Translations under genes and position numbers: made by a program
Shown here: in pieces, positions 1 through 13,558 of the stretch
How the letters are laid out: every line of letters begins with the position of its first letter
Position numbering within the stretch: the first letter of the stretch is position 1
Notes under the pieces: model-generated
What the model was told of the DNA's origin: nothing
The model's input: only the letters and a program-made list of their open reading frames with translations
Databases searched by the model: none
Assembly (NCBI GenBank): GCA_038087875.1
Contig: CM075999.1
Coordinates: 3,536,001-3,600,000, forward strand
Direction: 5' to 3'
DNA length: 64,000 nt
Origin: Malacoraja senta
Taxonomy: Eukaryota

Positions 1-1366
1 TACTGCATCTTACAAATAAAAAGTCCATACGAAATTGTTTTACAAAGATATATCTTTGGGTGCACACCTGCATGAAGGCAAAAAAATGTGCGGAAAATTA
101 ACCTTGCAACCTCACGACAACACTACAGGTAGGTACAGAGTACAATAAAAACACATCTTAAATAAAACATTATATACATTAAATATGTTAGAACTGTCAT
201 TCTCCAGGCAAATATCTCAGTGCATTTTCCACGCACTTATTATAATGATATAAAGAATTTACAGATACATCTGTACAAGGACATAAACTGCTGGTGCCCT
301 GTTGACACGCCTACTCTCTCCTTGGTTAAATACTGTTTATAAAAAACTGTACATTTCGTTTTTATTTAAAAAAAAACATATGTATTTATAATAAGACAAC
401 ATGTATTGTCACTGCATAATGAGGTGACAGAGAAAACGCATCAAAGAGATGTTGACACCTTCGCTACTTCAGCAATCTTTTGCTGCCTCCCAAGCAATTA
501 TTGAGCTGCCAAAACACTAACGGCATGGCAGTTCAGTGCCCCATGTTCTCTCGCCCGCTCTCTCTCTCTCTCTCTCTGGTAATCTGAAGGAAAATGAGTA
601 AAGAATTAGTGCGATCCTTTCCCTTCATCATCCCCTAATTTTTTTTGCCACTCTCTTCGAAAAAAAAAAAAAAAAAAAACCCCAAAAGGTCCGGTGCATT
701 TCCTCTGTTGCCCTTCGTCCGCCCGTCAGCTGGGTTATGTGCAATGCTCGTTCCTTCCAGACGCTGTTTCAGGTTCGAGGCAGCAAGCTCACTGATATTT
801 CCAGGTTAAAAAAAAACAGTTTCCAGAGACAACAGGGAAAATGGCATTTCAGCAAAATATGTGCATGGCAATTTTACAGTATCTCCAACGGGATACGTGC
901 CGTGTCCTCGTCAGGCTCCACAAAGGAACCACACACACTCACACACACAGTTCTCAAAGCCTTAAACTGAAAGATCACAAAGTGAGAAGTCATATTTACA
1001 CTGTACAAGCTTTATACCCACCAGCTGAACAAGTGCATCCAAATACCTCATTTTTGTTGCTGTGTAAAAGATGGATAGTGTATGAGAGAGAATCAGCATT
1101 TTTGCAGCCAGTTTTTATGTATTTTTTGTTTCAAACGTGAATGTAGCGACGGCCTCTGTTCCGCTGCGTCAAAGTGCAATGTCCGCATCCTTCGCTCCGC
1201 TCCCCACAGTTTGCTGTGATTGTCTCTGCAGATCCACACTTCGCATGTCTCTAAAGTCAAACTCCAGTCCTCCTGAATCAGTCACTTCACCACAAAAACC
1301 CTCCAATGAATTCATGCAGATAATGTGCCTTCCGACTTGCTCCACCAAGCCCTTGAACCGATCATC
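1..1366 (-). other. Predicted terminal exon / 3' UTR of the AHDC1-like gene (runs off the window start)
   Basis: Acceptor cttgttccttgtgtttcag|G (AG at 1368-1367). TE-free and U-rich on the minus strand, with TGTATATA (178-171) and AATAAA (366-361). Confidence 0.6.
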
Positions 1367-1414
1367 CTGAAACACAAGGAACAAGTTGAACTATATCGCC
1401 CACGAAATGCAAAA

Positions 1415-1945
1415 ACTGCTCAACACTTTAACTCCCCCCCCCCCCCCCCCCATTCCCACACTGACATTTCTGTCCTGGGCCTCCTCCATTGTCAGAGTGA
1501 GGCCCAACGCAAATTGGAGGAACAGCACCTCATATTTCGCTTGGGCAGCTTACAGCCCAGCGGTATGAACATTGACTTCTCTAACTTCAAGTAACCTCTG
1601 CATTCCCTCTCTCTCCATCCCTCCCCCACCCTAGTTCTCTGACCAGTCTGCCTGTCCACCCGGTTAAACTTTATCTCTGTCTGCTTTGTTGTCAACTTCT
1701 CCTAGCTAACAATGATCTATTCTACATTTTCCTTGAGCTTCGTCCCCTTTGATCTCTCATTTTCACACCTTACCCTTCCTTATCTCCGTGTCGCCCTCTC
1801 CCCTGACTCTCAGTCTGAAGAAGGGTCTCGGCCAGAACCGTAACCCATTCCTTCTCTCCCGAGATGCTGCCTGACCCGCTGAGTTACTCTAGCTTCTTGT
1901 GTCTATCTTCAGTGTAAACCAGCATCTGCAGTTCCTTCCTGCACA
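1415..1945 (+). mobile_element. Penelope-like element 3' fragment (GIY-YIG endonuclease C-terminus plus terminal repeat)
   Basis: Translates to AQHFNSP..HSHTDISVLGLLHCQSEAQRKLEEQHLIFRLGSLQPSGMNIDFSNFK*, followed by the ctgaagaagggtctcg..gagatgctgcctgacccgctgagttactc tail found throughout the window. Confidence 0.75.
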
Positions 1946-3507
1946 TTTCCTTCCTACACTGCCCCACTGTGAAATCTCCTCAAGGTATGCCTTCTTTGAA
2001 GAAGTTCTCCTCCTCTCACCAAAGAAAATTCTGACACCTTACCTTTCCATATCTCTGTCTCCCTCTCCCCTGACTCTCAGCCTGAAGAAGGGTCTCGACC
2101 AGAACCGTAACCCATTCCTTCTCTCCAGAGATGCTGCCTGTCCCGCTGAGTTACTCCAGCATTTTGTGTCTGTCTATTCTATGCAAAACTGACAACTGAG
2201 CCATGCTTGCAGGCCACTGGAACAATGACAAATTTAAATAGATTGACAGAATTAATAGTTTCAAAAATAAAGCCCCCGCTATTCTTCAAATCTGTGTAAA
2301 TGTGAATTGTTCAAATAGGTTGGAACCACTTCAAGGTTTAAGTTACAAGTCAGTCCTCACATTACTTTTACTTATTCATATTGGGCTAATTTCTCTCCCA
2401 CTTCACGCCTACACCTCTCTCCAAGATTAAACACCACAACTTACAGTCACTTCAACACTGTAACTTTCCCGAAACACTTGCCTGGCTTTGAAAATATACC
2501 GTGCGCTCTGAGAAGGCCAACATCACAGCCAGCACAGACACAAAATGCTGGAGTAACTCAGCTGGACTAGCAGCATCTCTGGAGAGAAGGAATGCATGAC
2601 GTTTCAGGTCACCAGTCTGAAGAAGGGTCTTGACCCGAATGTCACCCACTGCACAGTTAGTGGAGGAAGAGAAGAATAAGGTCTTCAGGGTGCGTGGAGT
2701 TGGGATTGATGAAGACATTACTCATGTGAAGCGTCACAGGTGCTCAGCAGAAATGTTTTTGCAAAACTATGATACTTCACCTGGTCTGAAGATGGGTCTC
2801 GACCTGAGATGTCACCTATCCACATTCCATGATGTCCCAACTTTTGTTATCAGTACCCTATCTTCCCAACGAAGGCAAGCCTTCGCTTTCACACCTTACC
2901 CTTCCATGTCTGTCATTTCCCTCTCCCCTGACTGTCTGAAGAAGGGTCTCAACCCGAAACGTCACCCATTCCTTCTCTCCAGAGAGGCTGCCTGTCCCGC
3001 TGAGTTACTCCAGCATTTTGTGTCTATCTTCGGTTCAAACTAGCATCTGCAGTTTCTTCCTTCACAGCCAGCGTCGAGTGGCAACAGATCCAACCATGGC
3101 CAGTTTTAACAAGCAGCGATATTTAACGTGGTGCAAAGACTGAAATTGCCGGGTAATCGATTAAAAAACGTTGGAAATTCAGAATATGTTGTTTTTGGCA
3201 GCGGAGAGCAGCAGGGGAAATATTCACTCAAGCAAAGAGAAAATGACGGCATGTCTAATTATCATTGGGTGAAAAGTTCCGTCACTGCAGGGCTGTGAAA
3301 TGACAATAGACAATAGGTGCAGGAGTAGGCCATTCGGCCCTTCGGGCCAGCACCACCATTCAATGGGATCATGACTGATCATCCCAAATCAATACCCTGT
3401 TCCTGCCTTCTCCCCATATCCCCTGCCTTGCTTAAAATGCAATGAAAGAGATTAAAGTGACAGACCTCAGAAACATATGCAAAACATGACGCTAAAACGG
3501 GGCTGAA

Positions 3508-3812
3508 CGGTGGTGCAGCGGGTAGAGCTGCTGCCTCACAGCGCCAGAGACCCGGGTTCAATCCCGACTACGGGCGCTGTCTGTACGGAGTTTGCACGTT
3601 CTCCCCGTGACCTGCGTGGGTTTTCTCCGAGATCTTCGGTTTCCTCCCACACTCCCAAGACGTGCAGGTTTGTAGGTTAATTGGCTTGGTGTAAATGTAA
3701 AATAGTTTGTGTCAGGTAGTGCTAGTGTGTGGGGATTGCTGGTCGGTGCAGACTCGGTGGGCCGATGGACCTGTTTCCACACGGTCTCTCTAAACCAAAT
3801 TAAATTAAACAG
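3508..3812 (+). mobile_element. tRNA-derived V-SINE (HE1-like)
   Basis: A box ggtggtgcagcgggtagag, B box gggttcaatccc, V-domain-like core tgtacggagtttgcacgttctccccgtg..ttcctcccacactcc, and a LINE-derived 3' tail. Confidence 0.8.
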
Positions 3813-4299
3813 CATTTAAAAGACATTTAGACAGGTACATGTGTGTAGGACAGATTGAGAGGCCAAACGCAGGCAGGAGGGACTAGTGTAGATGGGACAT
3901 GTTGGCCAGTGTGGGTGTTGGGCCGAAGGGCTCGTTTCCACCAAACCTGTTGCTACTGTTCAAGTTTGCCTCTCCCCTCTTGGGTAGTAATTTCCAGATG
4001 CCCACCACCCTCTGGGTGAAAACAGTTCCCCCTATAACAAGATATAAAAGACACTCGGACAGGTACATGGATAAGAAAGGTTTAGAGGGATATGGACCAA
4101 ATGTGGGCAGGTGGGACTAGTGTGGATAGATAGGGCATGGTGGTTGGCATGGGCATGGGAAAGTCGGGCCGAAGGGCCAAAAGCAACTGCACATTTCCTT
4201 GTGTGATATCACAAGAGACAGGGCTGCAGGAATATGGGGTTTCAGTGGGAGAAGCAAAGCATATTCACCCTGGAAAGATGAAGGTGGGGAGGAGCAGCA

Positions 4300-5127
4300 T
4301 GGCGGCGCAGCGGGTAGAGCTGCTGCCTCACAGCGCCAGAGACCCAGGTTCGATCCTGACTACGGGTGCTGTCTGTACGGAGTTTGTACGTTCTCCCTGT
4401 GACCTGCGTGGGTTTTCCGGTTTCCTCCCACACTCCAAAGACGTAACAGGTTTGTAGGTTAATTGTCTTGGTTCAATTGTAAACTGTCCCTCGTGCGTGT
4501 AGGATAGTGTTAGTGTGCGGGATCGCTGGTCGGCACGGACTCGGTGGGCCGAAGGGCCTGTTTCCACGCTGTATCTCTAAAGTGTAAACTCGGAACTCTA
4601 AAGGAGAGTTGAAAGAGGAGGTCAAGGTCATAAAAAATGCTGGAAATAATCAGCGGGTGGGACAGCACCTGGGAAGGGACAGATGTAACATTTCAGGAGG
4701 TTGATATTTAATCTGGGGATATGTCAGAAGTCCGGTGCCTGCAGTCTGATGAATGTATCACACTGTGACCCGAGTTCACCGAGCAAACTTGTGCCCAATA
4801 GTAGCCCGACTCAAACTGACAAAAGTTCAGATAAGAGATACAGCACGGAAACAGGCCCTTCGGCCCATCGAGTCCGTGCCAACCAGCGATCCCCGCACAC
4901 TAACACTAACCTACACACACACACAAGGGACAATTTACATTTGTACCAAAGCCAATTAACCTACAAACCTGTACGTCTTCGGAGTGTGGGAGGAAACCGA
5001 AGATCTCGGAGAAAACCCACGCAGGTCACGGGGAGAACGTACAGACTCCCCACAGACAGCACCCGTAGACGGGATCGAACCTGGGTCTCCAGCGCTGTGA
5101 GGCAGCAACTCTACCGCTGCGCCACCA
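4300..5127. mobile_element. Two V-SINEs in opposite orientation (4300-4585 plus; 4828-5127 minus)
   Basis: Each has A/B boxes, the V core and a gggccgaagggcctgtttcc tail. Confidence 0.8.
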
Positions 5128-5144
5128 TAGAAAAAACTTGGGGA

Positions 5145-5800
5145 TATAAGGAAATACAGATGCTGGTTTACAGAAAAAGACACAAAGTACTGGAGTAACT
5201 AAACTGGTCAGGCAACATCCCTGGAGAAAAAGGATGAGTGACGTTTCGGGTGGGAGCTGAGTCTGAAGAGGGGTCCGGCCCTGAAACATCACTCGTCCTT
5301 ATTCTCCACAGATGCTGCCTGACCCACTGAGTTACTCCAGCATTTTGTGTCCATCTTTAGCATATAACAACATCTGCAGTTCCTTCCTACACTAGGAATT
5401 GCAGATGCTGGTTTACAGAAAAAGACACAAAGGTGCGGGTCAGGCAGCATCTGTGGAGAACATGGATAGGTGACGTTTCACAGAGTGCTGGAGTAACTCA
5501 GCGGGTCAGGCAGCATCTGTGGAGAACATGGATAGGTGACGTTTCACAGAGTGCTGGAGTAACTCAGCGGGTCAGGCAGCATTTGTGGAGCGAAGGAAAT
5601 GGGCAACCTTTCGGGCCGAAACCCTGAAGGAAATAGGCAACGTTTCGGGCCGAAACCCGGAAGGGTTTCGGGCCGAAACGTTGCCTATTTCCTTCGCTCC
5701 ATAGATGCTGCCGGAACATGGATAGGTGACGTTTCACAGAGTGCTGGAGTAACTCAGCGGGTCAGGCAGCATCTGTGGAGAACATGGATAGGTGACGTTT
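5145..5800. repeat. Cluster of tandem and inverted Penelope-derived tail units
   Basis: Repeated ~64-bp unit gcgggtcaggcagcatctgtggagaacatggataggtgacgtttcacagagtgctggagtaactca plus inverted tttcgggccgaaac motifs. Confidence 0.7.
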
Positions 5801-6044
5801 CATGATTTAATGTCATGATGTATTCAAGAGAGAGTTAGATTTAGCTAACGGAATCAAGGGATATGGGGAGAAACTACTCCTGCACCAATGTTGACAAAAA
5901 TGCTGGAGAAACTCAGCGGGTGAGGCAGCATCTATGGAGTGAAGGAAATAGGCAACGGGTTTCGGGTCGAGACCCTTGTTCAGACTCTGCACCTATGTTT
6001 CTATGTTTCTATTCTAAGTTCCTTGGAAGGATAAAATGCTGAAC

Positions 6045-6600
6045 TATAGCATTTGGAGTACCGAGAGCAGTTTGGGGCCCCGTATATCTGAGGAAGGATG
6101 TGCTGGCCCTGGAGAGGGTCCAGAGGAGGTTTATGAGAATGATCCCAGGAATGAGTGGGTTAACATATGATGAGCGTTTGACGGCACTGGGCCTGTACTC
6201 GCTAAAGTTTAGAAGAATGAACGGGGACCTCATTGAAACTTACCGAATAGTGAAAGGCCTGGATAGAGTGGATGTGGGGAGGATGTTTCCACTAGTGGGA
6301 GAGTCTAGGACCAGAGGTCACAGGCTCTGAATAAAAAGATGTACCTTTAGAAAGGGGATGAGGAGGAATTTATATCGGCAGAGGGTGGTGAATCTGTGGG
6401 ATTCATTGACACAGACGGCTGTGGATGTCGTCAATGGGCATTTTTAAGGTGAAGATTGACAGATTCTTGATTAGTACGGGTGTCGGGGTTATGGGGTGAA
6501 GGCAGGAGAATGGGGTTAGGAGGGAGAGATAGATCAGCCATGATTGAATGGTGGAGTGGACTTGATGGGCCGAATGGCCTAATTCTGCTCCTAGAACGAA
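6045..6600 (+). mobile_element. CR1 LINE 3' fragment (second subfamily; similar copies at ~26025-26655, 32850-33210, 33605-33970, 60755-61110)
   Basis: LALERVQRRFMRMIPGMSGLTYDERLTALGLYSL..RTRGH; shared 3' UTR ggagaaggcaggagaatggggtt..gggccgaatggcctaattctgctcc. Confidence 0.85.
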
Positions 6601-7394
6601 TGAACTTATGCACAGTGCTTTCTGACACAAGGCCCCATATCTGAGGAAGGATGTGTTTGTACTGGAGAAGGTCCTGAGGAGGTTAACGAGAATGATCCCA
6701 GGGATGAGCGGGTTAACATAGGATGAGTGTTTGCCGACACTGGGCTTTTGTACTCTTGCCTTGTAAATGGCAGGAAATATCGAACATGCATATTGTATCT
6801 GAACCAACTTTGATGTACTGAGAATAGTGCCTCAATAAAACATATAACAGTTACAAGAAAGATTATAAATCCCACCCCATTTAACGGGCACCCAGGCCTG
6901 CGCTTGATGTCTTTCTTCAAAGCCTTTCCAGGATTACATTGTTGAAGAAAATAATTTTCTTAAGAACATTATTGAATTCGCTGGCTTCATGCATACATAA
7001 TACAGGTATTTCACAGCCATTGTGAAATCATATGATCTGCCTTCCTTGATCAATTAAACATTTTAATAACTGTACAATACCTCATCAACCCACAATCACC
7101 CACTTCATCTGAATGACGTCTTGCTGTGTAATGAGCGGATAACAGGTGTTAATATGATTCTCCTTAATAAATGATGTCGTTATTTACTGATTTAATCATT
7201 TTAATCTTTGATATATACCTTCATCAATTCTAATTTAATAAGCTCCGTCCTTAAGTACTTCTCAAAATTCGCAGGATTCCCATTAAGAGTATTTGTCGAA
7301 GTTAACACAGGGATATTCTGACGCCGACACGCACACAATCACGGAGTTACCGCACGCACATACCTGAACAGGGCCACCTCCTTCCCATATACAT

Positions 7395-7952
7395 GGACTC
7401 AGAGATACCCACTCACACACACATGTACATGATTCCACCCCTCTCTTGCACGTGCACACACGCACACGGCACGTACATGCATCCACATGCATGCACACAG
7501 ATCCACACGCATGCACACGTACACACACACATGCATACACACGCACGTGTACACCCACTGACGTGAATTGACACACGCACTCAGACACACATGCATGCAC
7601 ATGGTGCGTACACACAAACATACATGCGCACAGACGCACACACACACGCGCACACATACACGCTGACATACACGCACAGACACACGCATACACACACAAG
7701 CACAGACACATGCTGACATACACGCAGACACGTGCATACACACACTCTGACACGCAGACACGCGCATGCACACACACGCTGACAGACACACAAGCACAGA
7801 CACACGCACAGACACGCCCATGCACAGACCCACACACATGCACAGACCCGCACACACACACGCAGACACACATGCACACACTCGCAGACACACAGACACA
7901 CACAGACGCATGCACAGACATGCATACATACACACACAGGCACACACACACG
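7395..7952. repeat. Degenerate (CA)n microsatellite region
   Basis: Direct inspection. Confidence 0.9.
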
Positions 7953-10529
7953 CGGTTCCATCCCTGCCACCAACACTGGCTCGGACAGACGCCTCCCCTA
8001 TGCCTCTCTCTGTCCTCACCTCCCTCCCTATTCAGTTGAAGCCACCGGAATAACTTCAGGACAAGTAGACCATGTTTGTGGGAGGGTGGGGAGTGACTAA
8101 CCTCGGCTGCAGCTATTTAAGGACTAATTGTGAATTTAGAGTCTAGAGTCATACAGCGTGAAAACAGGCCCTTCAGCCCAACTTCCCATGCTGACCAACA
8201 TGCCCCCTATACACACACACTTCCCATGCTAACCAACATGCCCCCTATACACTGTTCCCACTTGCCTGCATTTGGCCCATATCCTTCTAAACCGTTCCTA
8301 TCCATGTACCTGGCCAAGTGTCTATTAAAGGCTGTTATAGTACCTGCCTCACCTACTTCCTCCGGCAGCTCAATCCATATACCCACCATCCTCGGTGTGA
8401 ACAAGTTGTCTCTTGAGTTCCTATTAAATCATTGCCCTCTCACCTTAGACCTAGTTCTTGACTCCTCTGGGGCTAAAAGATTCTGTGCATGCATTGTATC
8501 TGTTCTCCTCATGATTTTGTACACCTCTAAAAGATCTCCTCTCAGCTTCCTGCACTCCAAGGAATTATGTCCAAGCCTGCTCAACCTCTCCCTATAGCTC
8601 AGGCCTTCAAGTCCTGCCAACATCCTTGTAAATCTTTTCATAAGGTCATAAGTGATAGGAGCAGAATTAGGCCATTCGGCCCATCAAGTCTGCTCCGCCA
8701 TTCAATCATGGCTGATCTATCTCTCCCTCCTAACCTCATTCTCCTGCCTTCTCCCCATAACCCCTGACACCCATACCAATCAAGAATCTATCTATCCCTT
8801 TCTTAAAAATACCCATTTACTTTGGCCTCCACAGCCTTCTGTCGCAAATAATTCCACAGATTCACCACCCTCTGACTAAAGAAATTCCTCCACATCTCCT
8901 TCCTAAAGGAACGTCCTTTAATTCTGAGGCTATGACCTCTAGTCCTAGACTCTCCCACAAGTGGAAACATCCTCGCCCATGGCTGATCTATCTTTCCCTC
9001 TCAACTCCATTCTCCTGCCTTCTCCCCGTAACCTTTGACACACATTCCAGCTTTGTCATCTTTCCTGTGGCAGGGCGACCGACACAAAACTCAAATGTGG
9101 CCTCATTGAAGACACGGAATTATATTTCCTCAGTGCACACATAGATGATCGCCAGAAACCAGTGAGGATTAGGACGTCTTATTCTGAAGAAGGGCCCGAC
9201 TCGAACCGTCACTCATCCATTTTCTCCAGAGATGGTGCCTGACCCACTGAGCTACTCCAGCATTTTGTGCCAATCTTTGGTATAAACCAGCAGTAGTTCT
9301 TTTCTACACAAGTTCCCTCAAGATGCACAGGGTGTGATTCTGGTGATAGTAATCAAATGAAACACACATCTTTGTCTTCCCAGCTGTTATCAAGCAACTG
9401 AACCATCGTAAAAATATCTTGAAAGCAGTCCTGACCTCCAACCGACCTCATTGGAGACCCTCGGACTATCTTTTACTGGACTTTATCTTGCACTAAACTA
9501 TTCGCTCTATTCTGCATCAGTACAAGGCTTGATTGTAATCATAGTACGCAACAAAAGCTTTTCACTGTACCTCGATACACGTGACAATGAACTAAAGGGA
9601 ACTCAAATAAATGAATCCCTTGTTATTGTGCAACTAAAAGTGAGCAGTTTTCTCCCCTCCGTTCACCGTGCCTCCTGCCCTGCTTCCTTTCCACAGTTCC
9701 CCAAGGACTTCCTTATCCAAAGCTCTCCCACTGGTCACTTCCTCGTTACAGCCGTTCATGGTTCTTCTCCAAGACACCAACAGCGCTGACCTGCCTCGAG
9801 ACCTCAGCACACTGACCTCAGCAACTATCATCATCTGTGGACTGCGTCTTTGGTAGAACTACGGACTTGGTTTTTTTATGGAACAAGTATTACTGGGAGA
9901 GTCCAGGACCAGAGGCCGTAGCCTCAGAATAAAAGGACACAGCTTTAGAAAGATGAGGAGGAATTTCTTTAGTGAGAGGGTGGTGAAACTGTGGAATTCA
10001 TTGCCACAGAAGGCTGTGGAGGCCAAGTCAATGGATATTTTAATGACTGATTCTTGATTAGTACGGGGTGTCAGGGCTTATGGAGAGAAGGCAGGAGAAT
10101 GGGGTTGAGAGGGAAAGATAGATCAGCCATGATTGAATGGTGGAATAGACTTGATGGGCCGAATGGCCCAATTTTGCTCCGATAACTTATGAACATGGAC
10201 CTTTGCGCTATTATGGTTACCTAGTATTACTAATTATTAATTTATTGTAGTGTTGATTATTATGTTTTTTTATTTGTGTATTGCATTAATGAACCTGTTG
10301 TGCTGCAGCAAATAACAAGTTTATTGTTCGATTGTTGGCACATATGACAATTAAATAGACTTGAGGAAGAGTAGAAGTGGGAAATAAATGAGAGCGTAAC
10401 TTCCATGGAGCCAGAGAGTCATACAGCATTGGAAACTGGCCCATTTGCCAAACTTGCCCACACCGACCAACCTGCCTCATCTCCCACTAGTCCCACCTGT
10501 CTGCGTTTGGCCCATATCCCTCCAAACTA

Positions 10530-11105
10530 GTGAGCCCTAGTGAGACCACACCTGGAGTATTGTGTGCAGTTTTGGTCCCCTAATTTGAGGAAGGACATTC
10601 TTGCTATTGAGGGAGTGCAGCGCAGGTTTACAAGGTTAATTCCAGGGATGGCGGGACTGTCATATGCTGAGAGAATGGAGCAGCTGGGCTTGTACACTCT
10701 GGAGTAGAAGGATGAGAGGTGATCTCATTGAAACATGCAAGATTGTTAAGGGCTTGGACACACTAGAGGCAGGAAACATGTTCTCGATGTTGGGGGAGTC
10801 CAGAACCAGGGGCCACAGTTTAAGAATAATGAGTAAGCCATTTAGAACGGAGACGAGGAAACACTTTTTCTCACAGAGAGTTGTGAGTCTGTGGAATTCT
10901 CTGCCTCAGAGGGCGGTGGAGGCAGGTTCTCTGGATACTTTCAAGAGAGAGCTGGATAGGGCTCTTAAAAATAGTGGAGTCAGGGGATATGGGGAGAAGG
11001 CAGGAACGGGGTACAGATTGGGGATGATCAGCCATGATCACATTGAATGGCGGTGCTGGCTCGAAGGGCCGAACGGCCTGCTCCTGCACCTATTGTCTAT
11101 TGTCA
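10530..11105 (+). mobile_element. CR1 LINE 3' fragment
   Basis: LVRPHLEY..RMRGDLIE..RTRGHSL..FFSQRVVSLWNSLP; ctattgt tail. Confidence 0.88.
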
Positions 11106-11856
11106 AACCTTTCCAAACTACATCCTCTGGCAGCTCATTCCATACACCCACCACCCTCTTTGTGAAAAATTTGCCCCTCAGTTCCTACTAAATCTTTCTC
11201 CTCTCACCTTAAACCTATGTACTCTTGTTCACGATTCTCCTACATAGAGTCAAAGACTCTGTGCATTCACACGAACTATTCCCCTCAAGATTTCATTACC
11301 CTTTATAAGATCACACCTCATTCTCCTGCACTCCAAGGAATAAAGACTGCGCCTGCCTAACTTCTCCTTATGCTCAGACCATCGAGTCCTGGCAACATCC
11401 TGGTAAATCGTCTCTGCACCCTTTCCAACTGAACAACACCCTTCCCACGTGTAGGATGGAACAGCAGATGCTGATTATACCAAAGATAGATACAAAATGC
11501 TGGAGTAACTCAGCAGGATAGGCAGCATCTCTGGAGAGAAGGAATGGGTGACGTTTCGGGTCGAGACCCTTCTTCAGACTGAAATGGGTGACGTTTCAGG
11601 TCGAGACCCTTCTTCAGACTGATATGAGTTTTCTAATTTGTTTCTAAGTCCAATTAATTATTTAATTAGCTGAATTAAAAATCCGCAGCTGCAATTTAAT
11701 TCCAAAGTTCCAGCAAATGTTCTCTGGAGTCAGATCAAAACGAGTGCACATCAGGTGATGGCTGGTAGCCTAGGTCGTACCCTTGGGTGAAGGAGCTGTC
11801 TGATGAGGACAGGCTGGCTAGGTTGGGCTTATACCTACAGCAGTGTTGGTAGGCAT

Positions 11857-12165
11857 GGTGGCTCAGCGGTAGAGCTGCTGCCTCACTGCGCCAGAGACCC
11901 GGCTTCGACCCCGACCACGGATGCTGTCCGTGTGGAGTTTGCACGTTCTCCCCGTGACCTACGTGGGTTTTCTCTGGGTGCTCCGGCGTACTCCCACACT
12001 CCAAAGACATGCGGGTTTGTAGGTTAATTGGCTTCAGTAAAATTGTAAATTGTCCCTAGTGTGTATTGGACAGTGTTAGTGTGCGGGGTGACCACTGGTC
12101 GGCGCAGATTCAGTGGGCCGAAGGGCCTGTTTCTGCGCTGTATCTCTAAACTAAACTATAACTAA
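11857..12165 (+). mobile_element. V-SINE (further copies near 14980, 23590, 34425, 37180, 41620, 51587, 54350, 56648, 57200, 60510, 62640)
   Basis: Same tripartite structure, ending in (ctaaa)n. Confidence 0.8.
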
Positions 12166-12439
12166 GACTGCTAGTTACCCAGCCTGATCTTTCACATAAA
12201 TTCATGTTTTAAATTATGATCAGTTCAATTACTTTTTAAATACATTAAAATCTCATCATGTTTAATTTTTCTGTCAACAGGTTGTTCCTAAGTGTTGGTG
12301 ACCACTGGAGAGAGCTGGAGCTGGGTGTAAGGTCTCGATCTTAGGATCCAGGATCAAGACATCGTGGTGTGTGGGTATGATGGCGGTGTTTGGGTGGGTA
12401 TTGGGGTCTGCTTGCTGAGGACCACCATTGGCTCACAAC

Positions 12440-13266
12440 TCTGCCAACAATTCAGGCCTCATTCGGAGACGGACACCGAGAGCTGCTGGAAGGTCATCAA
12501 CTCGGTGAATGACACTCTTTGGTCTTTGGCCTGTTCCCCATGTTGGGGGAGAGTCCAGAACCAGGGGTCACAGTTTAAGTATAAGGGGTCGGCCATTTAG
12601 GGCTGAGATGAGGAGAAACTTTTTCTCCCAGAGAGTTGTGAATCTGTGGAATTCTCTGCCACAGACGGCAGTGGAGGCCAATTCACTGGATGTTTTCAAG
12701 AGAGAGTTAGATTTAGCTCTTAGGGCTAAAGGAATCAAGGGATATGGGGAGAAGGCAGGAATGGGGTGTTGATTGGGGATGATTAGCCATGATCATATTG
12801 AATAGCGGTGCTGGCTCGAACGGCCGAATGGCCTACTCCTGCACCTATGTTCTATGTTTCTATGTCTGCCCGAGCTTTGTTGACCTCCCAGCAGAGCGAG
12901 ATGTCCGTGGGGGAATGTTGCCGACTGGCCCGCTCCAGACTGCAGGAGTACGTGCTGAGGGATGCACTGAAGCTCGGTGCAGCCAACGCCAAGGCTCGGT
13001 GGGGGGAGGACCACAGACTAGCGTCCTTCCGCTGCTGGACATTGGGGGACAGAGTCTGGTGGGGACACCCCTCACACTAGGGGTGGGATATCACCCCGGG
13101 GGGGAGCACATGAGCGGTGAGGCTGTGGGGTAAAACTGTGTAATTTGTGTAAACAGTATTGAAAGTATGGAGAGCCTCCGCGAATGTCGGGCTAATTTGT
13201 TGCACGGTTCCTGTATTGTACATATTTTTTTACTTGAATAAAGTTTATTTTGATTTGAATAAAAAA
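12440..13266 (+). mobile_element. Tx1/L1-clade LINE 3' end interrupted by a nested CR1 fragment (~12530-12862)
   Basis: HSETDTESCWKVINSVNDTLWS resumes after the CR1 insert as SARALLTSQQSEMSVGECCRLARSRLQEYVLRDALKLG; ends with AATAAA and an A-rich tail. Confidence 0.7.
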
Positions 13267-13319
13267 GAATAATTTTGGTAAGGAAACAAAATGCCAGTAC
13301 TGATGCCCAGTGAGTTATA

Positions 13320-13558
13320 GAAGGAACTGCAGATGCTGGAAAATCAAAGGTGGACACAAGTGCTGGAGAAACTCAGCGGGTGCAGCAGCATCTATGGAGC
13401 GAAGGAAATAGGCAACGTTTCGGGACGAAACCCTGAAGGGTTTCGGCCCGAAACGTTACCTATTTCCTTCCTGAAGGGTTTCAGCCCGAAACGTTGCCTA
13501 TTTCCTTCGCTCCATAGATGCTGCTGCACCCGCTGAGTTTCTCCAGCACTTTTGTCTA
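13320..13558. mobile_element. Palindromic short Penelope-derived insertion with 14-bp TSD
   Basis: Inverted arms (gtgctggagaaactcagcgggtgcagcagcatctatggagcgaaggaaataggcaacgtttcggg and its reverse complement). Direct repeat cccagtgagttata at 13306-13319 and 13559-13572. Confidence 0.8.

Noticed and set aside
1169..1366. 65-codon open frame (DDRFKGLVEQ..) at the start of the terminal exon as an extra coding exon
   Set aside because: The main ORF stops before the donor, and neither read-through nor the FTVT frame joins this frame; no motif recognised.
3508..3570. tRNA genes suggested by A/B boxes
   Set aside because: They are SINE heads followed by the V core and a LINE-derived tail; no complete cloverleaf.
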